Source: Utricularia gibba
Lineage: Eukaryota; Plantae; Magnoliophyta
Direction of reading: 5' to 3'
Assembly (NCBI GenBank): GCA_002189035.1
Contig: CM007990.1
Location: forward strand, 5,580,001-5,644,000
Length of the DNA: 64,000 nt
The position numbers and the translations under genes were made by a program. The notes beneath the pieces are model-generated. The model saw only the letters and a program-made list of their open reading frames with translations. It had not been told where the DNA came from and ran no database searches. This document shows, piece after piece, positions 24,861 through 37,733 of the stretch (position 1 is the stretch's first letter; each line of letters opens with the position of its first letter).

Positions 24861-27223
24861 ATGGATACTGGTACTCCGAAGGATGAAGTTGCAGTAGAGA
24901 TTCAGGCTTCCGCAGCGGCCCCTGCGTCGCAAGTCGAGTTGTCTACTGCAACCGGGTTGCGGTATAGAACCGTGTCAAGAACAGCGTCTGGTAAGCCTAA
25001 ATCCAGAGTCTTGGAGCCACGGACGCCTGTTCAGCAGAATAAATCGCCGTCGAATGGAGTTCCTGTGGCTGAGAACACATCCAATACTCCCTTGATGGCG
25101 CCTCCAGGAGGAAGCCCATTTGAAGAAGATGACGACGACGAGGACGATGCTAATGATGACGCGGGTGTGTACAAGGCGCGACCATCCGATTTCCAGAATG
25201 GGAAACGGAGAAAGAAGGTGAAAGTATGGGTTATCATTGAATGGATTGTGTTTGCGCTCTTAGTATCCCTTCTGATATCCAGTCACTTGGTGAATTACTT
25301 ACACAATCTGCGGATTTGGAGCCTAAGCTTATGGAGATGGTGTGTGCTTGCTCTGGTAATCTTTTGTGGCCACATATTTACCGAGTGCTTGATCAGTGTC
25401 GCGGTTATATTGATTGAAAGAGTGTTCCTGCTGAAGAAGAATGTACTGTACTTCTTGTTCGCCATGAAAGATAGCATCCAGGTTGTCTTTTGGTTGGCCT
25501 CGATACTGGTGGCCTGGGGCTGATCATCCAGGGAGGCGTTCGGAGATCCGCTTTATCGTCTCGAATCCTAAACTACATAACGAGAGCCATTGTGTCTACC
25601 CTTGTTGGGTCTGTTATTTGGGCGGTGAAGACGTTTGCAGTGAAGCTGGTGGCCACAAGGTTTCACGTTAGAACTTACTTTGACAGGATTCAAGAATCAG
25701 TCTTTCATCAGTACATTCTGCAGGCGCTGTCAAAGATAGTGAATGAAACCGGGCATATCAGTTTCAGAAGAAGGGGTAAAAGGAGCAAGGAGCAAGTGAT
25801 CAATGTGGATAAACTGTACAGGATGAAGGGAGATCACGTATCTTCTTGGACGATGGGAGGGCTGATTCAACTGATACGGCATTCTGGTTTGCCTTCCCTT
25901 TCTCTGACTGATACTGTCGAAGAAGAAGAAGAGGAGGAAGAAGAAAAGGAGCAGCGAATGAGTAGCACAGCAACAAAAGATATCGAAACTGAGGCCGAGG
26001 CGATAAAGTCTGCCAACAAAATCTTCAAGAAACTAGCCAGGCCTGGAAGCAAGTGAGATGACAACATTCTGATACATGCCTCTTTTCTATCTTTCAAACG
26101 AGTGACTAACAGTATGGTGCAGGCATATTGAAGCAGTTGACTTGTTAGCTTACATGCCGAAAGAGGAAGTTGATGCTGCGATTCCACTATTTGAAGGAGC
26201 AGCAGAAACAGGAAGGATCAAGAAATCATCCTTCAGAAATTTTGTGGTTGGCCAACGATACTCTCCTTTTGTCTTTAATCTTTACTTCTTTTTATGTCAG
26301 AATATGACAGATTTTGGTACATTTTTATAGATAAAGGCTTACAAGGAAAGGAAGTTTCTGGCTTATTCACTCAACGATTCGAAAACGGCAATCGAGGAGC
26401 TGAGCAAGATCGCCTCAGCACTAGTTCTAGTCGTGATAATCATAGTGTGGCTGCTGTTGATGGAAATCACCACCACCAGAGTTCTGATATTCATCCTCAG
26501 TCAGATTCTGCTTGGTACATTCATCTTTGGCAACTCTGCCAAGACACTGTTTGAATCCCTCGTCTTCGTCTTCGTCGTGCATCCATTCGATGTGGGAGAT
26601 CGCTGTGTCATCAATGGAGTGACAGTAAAAAGCTCACCCACAAACCACTGTTCAAGATTCCTTTCCTCTAGTGTTTGATCATTGAAACGTTTCCAATGCA
26701 GATGACCGTGGATGAGATGAACATTATGACAACCATCTTCCTCAAATCAGACAACGAAAAGGTGTACTACCCAAACTCAGAACTTGCAAAGCTGCCGATC
26801 GGCAACTTCAACCGGAGCCCTGAGATGATGGGTGACTCTGTGGAGTTTGCCGTCGACTTTTCTACCCTCTTCCCACCTTAACTGCTCTAAAGGAGCAGAT
26901 CAAACGGTATCCCTCCTTCAGCATCACTATCTGTTTCTAGCAACTCTCTACTGAAAGCTCCACACTTGATCAGGTATATAGAAAGCAAGCCCAAGCACTG
27001 GAGCCCTGGCCACAGCGTTCACATCAATCAAATAGTGGATGTGGACAAGATGGTCTTGGGATTGTACCTGACACACACGATAAACTTCCAGAACTCTGAA
27101 AGGGGGAGCCGGAAATCGGAATTGATACTTGAGCTCAAGAGGATTATGGAGGAACTGGGGATCAAGTACCGTCTTCTTCCACAGGAGGTTCATGTTAAGC
27201 ACCTTGATGCTCAGAGGACTTAG
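24861..27223 (+). CDS. MSL10: MscS-like mechanosensitive channel, MSL10-like; two apparent frameshifts
   Basis: Exons 24861-26052, 26123-26246, 26331-~26624, ~26702-26906, 26974-27223. KPKSR..EP, TPLMA..GG..EEDD..YK, FHVRTYFDRIQESVFHQYILQALS, FGNSAKTLFESLVFVFVVHPFDVGDRC, YIESKPKHW. Needs +1 at G4 25516-25519 and at C3 26865-26867. Confidence 0.88.
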
Positions 27224-27421
27224 TTCCATCTGAGATGGAGAAATCCAGATTTCAGTTCCCGTTGTTCGTGAACGGAAGTTGATGATGAAGAGAGCTGTTT
27301 TTTTTTTATTATTACTAAATTGGTAAATTGTTTTTAATAAAATGTTCTTTTTTGACTGTACTAGAAATGAACTCTTTCCGATCGATTCTTCTCAATCGGG
27401 CAACTTTTAGGGCTCGGCGAA

Positions 27422-28476
27422 ATGCAATCCTCCGCCTACCAGCGATTGCCGGAAATAGCGGTTTTCGGTCCGCCGACGTTCTTTCGAACCCACGAGAAAG
27501 AGTTCGATTCGAGGTTCCGGATTTTACGGACTTGGAATTCCCCTATACCCCTGACCCAGCTTTTGGCGTCGGAAGCAGGGCAAATCGAGGCGGTCATTGT
27601 TGCAAGTTTTGTCCCCTTTACGGCGGAGGTGATCGCTGCACTGCCCTCGCTGCGCCTGGTTGTAGCTGCAAGCAGAGGACTCGATCGCATCGACCTAACC
27701 GAATGCCGCCGCCGAGGCATCACGGTGACCAACCCCGGCACGATCTTCTCCGATGACGTGGCGGACCTCGCTGTGGGACTCCTCCTCGACGTCTTGCGAA
27801 GAATCACCGCCGGGAACCGCTATGTGCGGAGCGGATTTTGGACCGCAGGTATGGATTGGCCCCTTGGATTCCAGGTACACCCAAACTTGACAACGTAATC
27901 AACCCTTCCGGAACACGATCAAGAACCCATCTTTTGTTTCACTGATCGCAGTTGGCAGGCAAGAAATGTGGGATCGTCGGCCTGGGAAGCATCGGCCTAG
28001 CAGTGGCAAAGAGGCTCCAATCATTTGGATGTGAGATACTATACACTTCCCGGAAGAAGAACCTCTCTGTCCCATACAATTTCTACACCCACACCCAAGA
28101 TCTAGCCTCTGCTTCCGATTGCCTCATCCTCTGCTGCGACCTGAATAATGAAACCTGGCATCTGATCAACCGTGAAACCCTGCTAGCGCTGGGGAAACAA
28201 GGGGTCATTGTGAACATCGCTCGTGGGTCGGTGATCGATGAAAACGCCCTGGTCCAATCCTTGAAGTGCGGGGAAATCGCGGGTGCTGGTTTGGATGTGT
28301 TTGAGACGGAGCCCATGTTCTCAGGTGAGCTCCTTGAAATGGATAACGTGGTACTGACCCCGCACGCCGCCGTGTTCACGGAGGAGAGTTTCAGAGCATT
28401 GTTCGAGCTCACATGCGCCAATTTGGACAACTTCTTTAACAACAAGCCCTTGCGTAACGTTGTTGCTCTTCAGTAG
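27422..28476 (+). CDS. D-isomer-specific 2-hydroxyacid dehydrogenase (glyoxylate/hydroxypyruvate or hydroxyphenylpyruvate reductase, HPR3-like)
   Basis: Exons 27422-27874 and 27952-28476. GLDRIDL.EC.RRGITVTN, DVADLAVGLL, GIVGLGSIG, NIARG, LDVFETEP, TPH catalytic motifs. Confidence 0.9.
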
Positions 28477-29055
28477 ACTCCAACATTCACTCATTGCGTG
28501 TACACACGTTTTAATCGAAATTTTCAATTTTTATTTAAAATATTTAAATGTTAACGAATAAATTAAATATTTAAATTCAAACAGATATTTTTTAGATTTT
28601 AAATTTAGTTTAACAGGATATTTTGATAAAAACTATGTAGAAATAATATTTTTATTTTATTTTATTGATACTTACTATCCACTTCACCATTTACAAAATT
28701 GACTATTTTTATTATAAAATTTTAAATGTTAATCACCTAATCTTAAATAGTGTATTGAAATAAAAAACTTTATGTTATAATATATAATATAATTTTTAAA
28801 AAACACAAAATTAAAATATAAAGCCCACCACAAAAGAGCGTCCCTCCAACGTTCAGCTGACTCAGCTCCACATCATTTACGCAAAAGAGGGGATTCTTGT
28901 TCGGTTTTTAGGGTATCATTAGCATTCACATTTTTTAATTTAATATAAATTAATAATTAAAAATGATTATACGACCGACACACACACAAGGAGGGGTTAT
29001 ATCATTCTTGATCAACAGAGCAACTTATCTCGTCTGGCGAAGAAGGATTAGGAAA

Positions 29056-30062
29056 ATGGGTGCTGCAAGCTCGTCTTCTCTGGGTGAGGGGCGGTCGACG
29101 GGGACGCAGCTCGACGATCTGCCGGAATCCTGCGTGGCTCAGGTGCTTTCCCACTTGTCGCCGGTGGAGATCGCCGTGCTTGGGAGAGTTAACTCTCTTT
29201 TCTACTCTGCGTCCTCTGCGGATCTCATCTGGCTTCGCAAGTTACCTTCCAATTTCGTGTACGTGATCTCCAAACTCCCGCACCAGGGAGCTGATGCAAA
29301 GAGCAACCACAAGATGAGCATTTATGCAAGGCTTTGCAGGCCCTGCCCCTTCGACGGCGGCACTAAGGTAAAGAGAAAGGAGGCTGAATTCAGTTCGATG
29401 AGCGTTGGGAGTTCTCATGTCCCTTCTTCTTGGTTGGCAGGCGGTTTGGATTGACAAGAAGACAGGAGGGGTGTGCTTAGCGATTTCTTCTGAAGCTATG
29501 ACGATCACAGGAATTGATGATCGCAGGTACTGGAACCGCATTCCAGCGAATGACACAAGGTGCGTGAATCTAAGCCTCGTCGGGTCAAAAATTCCGATGT
29601 GGGATCGCCGATTCATCTTCCATCGTTCTGCAGGTTCGAGACAGTTGCATACCTGAAGCAGATCTGGTGGGTGGAAGTGTCGGGGACTATGGAGTTCCAG
29701 CTTCCCCCGACACATACAGTCTATATTTCCGACTCCATCTCGGCCGCGCGTGCAGGAGACGCGGTAGTGGGAACTTCGATTCCGACGACATTCACGGCTG
29801 GGATGTAAAACCAGCGAGGTTTGAACTCAGGACCCGCGATGGGCAGGCCAAAATCACACATTCCAAGATCAACAACGTCGGGAAATGGAGTTATTACCAT
29901 GTGGGTGACTTCGTAGTCGCCGCTTCTGATTCGGATTCTGTCACGAGGGTAGATTTCTCTCTGGCGCAAATCGATTGCACGCACATTAAAAGGGGTTTGT
30001 GCGTGGATTGCGTTCTCGTTTGCCCTCGTGGCCTACCACCGGAGGCAACTGCTTCTCCGTAG
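29056..30062 (+). CDS. F-box / phloem protein 2 (PP2-A12/A13-like); one apparent frameshift
   Basis: Exons 29056-29367, 29441-29559, 29634-30062. F-box LDDLPESCVAQVL, ITGIDDRRYW, AYLKQIWW.EV.G, YSLYFRLHLG, HGWDVKPARF, QIDCTHIKRGLCVD. Needs +1 at C5 29704-29708. Confidence 0.88.
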
Positions 30063-33000
30063 ATGCTGAAGCTTGGGAAGGGGACACAGTAAAATCGACG
30101 GCAGGGCACTTACGTCTTTTCATTTATTCTTTCTTTATACAGCACAGACTTGCCTACGTGTACTTTGGATGAGGATAGAAATATTTTTCGTCAGAAAATT
30201 ATTAAATTCAATTTCTCACATTATTTAAAAAACAAATTGCGTCTATATGACGGCATTTTGTAGTTAATCATTATATCTTTTTTCTTATCATTAATGGAAT
30301 ATTGTCACACATTTCAAAGAATTATTATAAAATAATATATAATAATATCAATAATAATGAAATTTAATCCAACAGTCATTTAATTTGATTAATCGTAACG
30401 ATTATTCTGTCATAAAATAAAATGGAATTCTTATTTTAAAATAATCATAAATGATGATATCCAAAATGATGTACTTTGGGTCCCACCGCAATATATAAAG
30501 ATTAAATGGTGACGTACATCTTTGATAGTCACACGTTTTTATCTCTCCAATATCCATTTCATGGATTTTCATGTCTGATTTTAATTAATTATAATTTCTA
30601 ATTAAAAATTAATTGACATATGTATTGGATGAATACGACTATAATTATAAGTTATATAATATTTAATTATAAATTTTAATAACTCCCAAATTAAAACAAA
30701 TTTCATTAATTATATACTTCAATTACTTTTTTTAGGGTATGTTTGATAGTATAATATAGGAAATTTATATTTAAATTTATACATAGTTTGATTAACTAAT
30801 ATATATGTCAAGTTTATATGACTATATCACTTATAAACGCATTTTTTGAACATGTAAATGGTATATATTAATAGAAGAAGAGGTGGTTAATTATATTTAT
30901 ATCATTCAAATATTTAAATTTTTATTTTTGGATATCAAATATTATATATAATTGAACATACATAAAAAATTATATTATTCTTAAATATATTAATGTCAAA
31001 CGATTTATTAATATCATATAAAAAGTTAATATTTATATTCTTTTTTATTTAAATTCAAATTAAATTACATTCATCCATAGAATATTATTGGGCCGAGCCG
31101 TGTCCATTGGGCCATGTATGTATAAATGGACCTGATTGTGTTCCTAGACAGCCCAACTATCTCCACCTCCCCTCTCTTTTCCTTCTAGCAATGGACCATA
31201 TAACATAACCCCATCATTAGCCAACTCGATTGATCATCCCTCTCATACAAATATGGGTCATTTAGAAAAGTGGCTATCCTCACCTTATCTCTCACACCCT
31301 ACGTTCAAATTTTAACACTAAGGATGTCCATTTTTATCACATAGTGAGATGACAGTGACCAGATTTCTAAATCATTCTATAAATACTCTCTAAACGGTGT
31401 CGAAACTCGTTTTTTCAATAGCGTCGAGATGTGCCCGGACTTAGACGAGATGCGATAATTGACGACGAATCGAAGAAAAAATAGATTCTATATAATCTAA
31501 AGTACATTGACCGGAGAAGGTTATGGTAGATAGTTGCTTAGGCAGAGAGGTTTGAATGGAGACTAGCAAAAGCTCCCATTCAATGCCACCCGAATCACAT
31601 CTCCCCGTCTCTCTTATTGCAATGCAATTATTCAATTGACCAAAGGCTACGTAGCACCCGGTCACCACCCCCGCCCCTTTTTTCTTTTCTTTTCCTTTTT
31701 CTTTTAAAAAATAGATATTCGAAAATAAATAAATAAATAAATTAGGAGTAAATACTTGGAATTAAATCATGAAAAAAAGAAAGAAAGCGTTCGGGTTATT
31801 ACAATAAATGGTAATTAAAATATTGGTGTAGGGGGCAGCCCAGCCGCCCATTTACACCTATTTTTGTAAAGTCAATAAGATGAAGCTATGACAGGGTGAA
31901 ATGACTCATAACCCCATCTACTTGTTGTGTGTATTTATTCTTTTACCCTTGTGATTTCTTTTTTTCTAAAAACAAAAAGAAATACACGTCTTGTTGCATT
32001 TAATGCTCGTAATTATGATTCATTTTTGTGTCAATTTCGAAAGGCGTTGGGTTGAATTGGGGACACGTCACCAGGGAGGAAGATTATGCAGCTATTTATC
32101 TTTCGTATTAATATTAATATAGTAATGAAATGCATGGAGGGGGCGGGTTAAAGAGTAAAATAAAGAAGTGGATTTAATTAAATTAAAATAGGCGGCTTAT
32201 GATTGATGGATCAAAAAGGGAAGGGGATCTCTCTTTCCTTAAAACACGTGCGGACAATTACGTAATTAATTAATCGAATAATTAAATCCTTGTGTTAAGT
32301 GAGGCATTTATTAGATTCTGGGTGTTTTATTTACTAATATTAAATCATTCAGGGGGAAACCTAACGACCGCTTAAACACCCCCACCCACGCCTTAATATT
32401 TTTTAAATCATAAGCAGCACCGGAGGTGGTTGGTGATATTTAGAATCACAGTTAAACTCAGACACGTGATAATATTGGGATGAGGGGACACTCAACTATA
32501 ATGTTGAGCATATAAGAGGAGCACAATGTACGGTAATGGCGTATGACGATATTCTACATTGGTTATGAATCAAAAGAATATGTAATTAAATATAATGACA
32601 CTCTTAATCCTACTCGATTACTTTTACCGAAAAGAAGGAACGTAAAATTATAAGAATTTGATAGTTGAATTGAATGATATCGTACAAAAACAATGTGAGT
32701 TGATGATGTGTGGCGGTCATGGGCATCGGTGTGCCATCCGCTGTGATTGATAGAAAAAAATAGATATTTATTTTATCAAATTATGAAACCATCAGAATGA
32801 AATATATCTAATTTTTAAATATTATAAGTCAATTATAATTGATATTAAAACATAGGGATCATAAATAATTGAAGTAAAAAGATTGAAGACTAAATATTTC
32901 AGGACTAATTATATTATATAACATACATAGTTCTCAATACATACAAATTCATAGATATAAACAAGTTTATCAAATAGGGGTTTGGATATTTTAGCTTTTT

Positions 33001-33346
33001 TATTTTTAAAAAAGAATAATAATAATAATAAATAACATTCCAATATTAAACGGAGTTATGAGCCGCATATGTGTAAATTATGGGGTGCATGATGAAAGAT
33101 GGAATTTATTTGTAATTTATGATGTGGGACATTTATTAAAAAAATCGTACCCATTTCAAATTTTAAAAAATTAAAATGCTCCCCGTGGATCTCCACCAAG
33201 TATTTAAAGCTTCTTTTGGGGCGAATAAATAAATATTCGAGAAATCATGGGCTCAAATGTTAAGAGTGAGAAGGATTTTGTTCCATGATTAATTAAATCA
33301 TGATTAGAGGGGTAATTAAATAAATATCCCGGTTCAGTGGGTTGTG

Positions 33347-33370
33347 GAAGATTGAACCGGTTCAATCTTC
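33347..33370. repeat. Perfect 24-bp palindrome GAAGATTGAACCGGTTCAATCTTC
   Basis: Read directly; extends to 33343-33374 with one G/T mismatch. Confidence 0.9.
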
Positions 33371-34204
33371 TACAGCTCCACAGTAGCAGCAGAAGCAGGG
33401 TAAAAGGGGGGAATCGGGGAAGGAGCGAGAAAGATTTGGAGGGTATCTGGAAAGTCAAGTTACTATTACTGTTACTGCAGTAGTTTTCGGGTTCGGATCT
33501 TTTTAGCTTGTGGGGGAGGAAAAGAGAAAGGAACTTCTCTCCGGAGTGGGGGTTTAAAACAGGGGGTTGTCGTCACACTGGGGCATGATTCAGGAAATCC
33601 GGGAAAAAAAGAACCAGTTGTGTTTTTTTCCGAAGAGTCAACTGAAGCTTTTTCCTTGGTCTCATCCGAGACACCACATCGTATTGCTTCAGTTTAAGCC
33701 AGGCCCTTTACAACTTATCTCCCCCTTCCTTCTTTCTTCAAGATATCACCTTTTCACGGACCCCTCCTGCGGTTTCTTTTGTTCAGACCCTTTTTGCAAG
33801 CCAAAGCATGCAGAGGGAGGTTATGGGGAATGAAAGCTAGGGCTTTGGTCTCTGTGGTTTACGTTGAGGAGGAAAAGTGAGGTTTGGGGAAGTTGGGTTC
33901 TGGGGGGAGAAGAGGGGGGAGGAAGCTGGAGACATTGGGATTTACAGGCCTTGTGTCTCCTTCGACCTCTTCTTGTCTTCGTCTTTTTTTTTTTCTTGCA
34001 TTTATTGTCCCTTGTCCGCTTTTTATCTTGGTTGCAAAATCTTCGCCGTCCGAAATTTATAGCTCGGAATCCAGCCCATGATCCAGTGATTTCCCTTGGT
34101 GGGTTTAAAGCTTTCCTTTTACGAATCTGTACAAGGGGAGCTCTTGGTTGTGGGGGAAGACCCAGAAACAGAAAGGAGGAGAAATTGAAGTTTCCGATTG
34201 TTTG

Positions 34205-37200
34205 ATGAATTTTGGGGATTTTCTTGATAGTACTGGAGCAATCGCTGCTGATTTACCTTACGCGAACGCAAAGATCGCCATTGCTGCTGCTGCTGCTCCT
34301 CCTCCTCCAAGCGCTAATAATACCAACGCCATGCCCAGTGGCGCAATCGCCCACCCTCAGCTTATTTCTCAGACCCTCCTCCCTAACAAGCCCATCTTCA
34401 ACGGCGGCTCCACTGGCCTCTCTCTCGCTCTGGTACAGTCTTATTTGTCATGGCTCTCTTCTGTGTGGGTTTTCTTGTGTTTTCTTGACGTTGGTGTTTC
34501 CGACAGCAATCTGGTATGGATGGGCAAGGAGAAGTTGCGAGAATTGGAGAAAACTTCGACGGGAGCAATGTCGGCGGGAGGAGGAGCAGGGACGAAGAGC
34601 ATGAGAGCAGATCTCTGAGCGATAATTTTGACGGCGGATCCGGCGATGATCTGGACGGGGCCGACAAGCCTCCGAGGAAGAAGAGATACCACCGACACAC
34701 CCCGCAGCAAATTCAAGAACTTGAAGCGTATGATATGATTTCATTATTGTTCATCTTTTTCAAACGGCCTGAATCCATTGTGGTTTCTTGTGTTTTGTCT
34801 TCTTCTCAGTCTGTTCAAAGAGTGTCCTCATCCTGATGAGAAGCAAAGACTCGAGCTCAGTAAACGCCTCTCTCTGGAAACCAGACAAGTCAAGTTTTGG
34901 TTCCAGAACAGAAGGACTCAGATGAAGGTACTCCTCCACTCCGATCGTTTCTTGGGCTGGTCCTTTTGTTTTCATTTCTTACTCTTGTTGTTTCTGATCC
35001 AGACACAACTCGAGCGCCACGAGAATTCCCTTCTGAGGCAAGAGAACGACAAGCTCCGAGCTGAAAACATGTCCATGAGAGAAGCAATGAGAAATCCAAT
35101 GTGCACAAACTGCGGTGGACCAGCCATAATGGGCGAGATATCTCTTGAAGAGCAGCATCTCAGAGTTGAAAACGCCCGCCTGAAGGATGAACTCGACCGT
35201 GTCTGTGTTCTCGCCGGAAAGTTTCTGGGCCGACCCGTGTCTTCCTTCACAAACTCCATTGCTCCTCCATATCCTAACTCAAGCTTGGAGCTTGGAGTTG
35301 GAGCCAATGGCTATGGTGCCTTCAATACTTCTATGCTCCCTCTTGATCTCCCAGATTTTGTTGCTCCTTTGCCGATGTCCACAAATAAACCCACTATGAA
35401 TACATCAGCCCCTGTTGACCGATCCTTGGAGAGATCAATGTATTTGGAGCTTGCTTTGGCTGCCACAGATGAGTTGGTGAAGATGGCGCAACTTGAAGAT
35501 CCCCTTTGGATCAGAAGCTTGGAGACAGGGACTGAGATTCTGAATGAAGATGAGTACGTGAGAAATTTCAGTTCTTGCATTGGGCTCAAGCCAAATGGAT
35601 TCACCACAGAGGCGTCCAAAGAGAGTGGCTTGGTCATCATCAACAGTTTGGCTCTTGTGGAGACCTTGATGGATTCGGTGAGTATGATGTTGATTCAAGA
35701 CCGTTGATCTGCTATGTGTCCGAATGCTAACACATCTTAGTGTCTGTTAGAACAAATGGGCAGAGATGTTCCCTTGCATTGTTGCTAGAACCACAACCAC
35801 GGATGTGATCTCCAATGGCATGGCTGGAACCAGGAGCGGCTCCCTTCAGCTAGTAAGTAATTCATCTCTTTACTCAATGATCTTTGCATTAATCAAACAC
35901 CTTGTCGGCTTAGCTGTGTTTTTGATTCCATAGATGCAGGCTGAGCTTCAAGTTCTTTCCCCACTGGTGCCTGTCAGAGACCTACACTTCCTCCGATTCT
36001 GCAAGCAGCTCGCCGACGGCGTCTGGTGGTTGTCGACGTCTCCGTGGATGCCGTTCGTGAGACTCCCGGCTGCCCGCCGGCGTATCCAACTTGCCGGCGG
36101 TTGCCATCCGGCTGCCTGGTGCAAGATATGCCAAACGGGTATTCCAAGGTAAACATCTTTTTCACTCCCCCATCATCAATTCACGTAGTATACAGACAAA
36201 CAGAGGCAGCCAGCGGAGGCTCTTTTGTTGGGTTGCGACTAAATGCCGCTGCGAGTTAAATGCGTCTGTTGAAGCTAACTGCACACTTAGTTGGGAACAT
36301 TCAATTCTGAACTTCCAAGTCAACAGATGAACAGTGTGCGCTGGAAACGATAGTGTGATATTCCTTCCAGATGCTCTTGTTCAGGCTTTTCACCATCACG
36401 TGACAAACGGGAATCTTTCAAGACTGCCTTTTGCATAAGAAAACAAGGAGCAGGAATAAGAAGTTTCCTTGATGTTAACAGGTTACCTGGGTGGAGCATA
36501 GCGAGTACGATGCGAGCGAAGTCCACCAGCTCTACCGGCCGTTGATAAATTCCGGCTTCGGCTTCGGCGGGCCGAGATGGATCGCCACTCTCCAACGACA
36601 ATGCGAGTGTCTGGCGATTCTCATGTCATCATCTGCACCGCCCAAGGATCATCATACAGGTAAATTGCATTGCATGCTGCATTCTTCGGAGTCGATGCAG
36701 ATATACCATAATCGGTTGTTACGGGTGTAGCAATTAGCGCCGGAGGCCGGAGGAGTATGCTGAAGCTAGCGCAGCGGATGAAGAACAACTTCTGCGCAGG
36801 AGTCTGCGCCTCGTCGGTGCATAAATGGAACAAGATACAGACCGAGAACGTCGACGACGATGTGCGGGTGATGACGAGGAAGAGCGTGGATGACCCCGGG
36901 GAGCCACAGGGAATTGTGTTGAGTGCAGCTACCTCGGTGTGGCTTCCAATGCCGCCCCAGCGGCTCTTCGATTTCCTCCGCAACGAGCATCTGAGAAGTG
37001 AGTGGGACATTTTGTCGAACGGCGGGCCGATGCAAGAGATGGCGCATATCGCTAAAGGCCAGGATCAGGGCAACTGCGTCTCTCTCCTCCGAGCAAGCGT
37101 AAGTAACACGAACCATTTCATGATCAATTCGCATCGTCGCCTTATGACTGTTCTGTTCACCCAGGCCATGAGTGCGAACCAAAGCAACATGCTGATCCTC

Positions 37201-37506
37201 CAAGAGACGTGCATAGACGCCGCAGGGTCGCTTGTGGTGTACGCGCCGGTGGACATTCCGGCAATGCACGTCGTGATGAACGGCGGGGACTCGTCGTACG
37301 TCGCCCTTCTCCCGTCCGGATTCGCGATCGTGCCGGACGGTCGGGGTGACGCCGCGACGAAGGGGTCACTATTAACCGTGGCGTTTCAGATATTGGTCAA
37401 CAGTCTTCCCACAGCGAAGCTGACCGTGGAGTCCGTTGAGACAGTGAACAATCTCATCTCCTGCACCGTCCAGAAGATCAAAGCAGCTCTGAGGTGTGAT
37501 AGCTGA
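34205..37506 (+). CDS. ANL2: HD-ZIP IV homeobox-START transcription factor, ANL2/HDG1 clade; one apparent frameshift
   Basis: Exons 34205-34432, 34507-34727, 34810-34927, 35003-35677, 35751-35852, 35934-36148, 36482-36659, 36731-37098, 37165-37506. [38 protein letters not shown] zipper-loop-zipper, START, ends [13 protein letters not shown]. Needs +1 at GG 36025-36026 (GVWVVVDVS). Confidence 0.92.
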
Positions 37507-37655
37507 TCCTCCGGCTCCGCCGTATCGATTAGTTGTGTGCTTGTGTTGGTGTTTAGCTCTCCTAATCCTCGTTCTAATTTGGGGATTAGGAGAGTCGAAT
37601 AAGAAGAATGAATGGGGTTAGGGTTTGCGAAACGGCTGCCGATTCGAGGGGGTAT

Positions 37656-37733
37656 GGTGAAGTCAAGAACGAACCTCTCAGCTCCGGCTAAAGAACCCTT
37701 GTTCGGGCCGTCGTGGTTCGGGCATTGACTCAC
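37656..37733 (+). promoter_or_regulatory. HD-ZIP IV 3'UTR paired motif / stem-loop
   Basis: AGTCAAGAACGAACC (37661-37675) can pair with GGTTCGGGCATTGACT (37715-37730). It resembles the conserved 3'UTR motif reported for HD-ZIP IV genes (recalled, not searched). Confidence 0.7.

Noticed and set aside
31571-31588. miR159-complement-like AGCTCCCATTCAATGCCA
   Set aside because: Needs two separate bulges, neither at the 10/11 mimic position; no evidence of a transcript or long hairpin.
32713-32741. GC hairpin resembling a Helitron end
   Set aside because: Imperfect stem and no CTRR terminus downstream.
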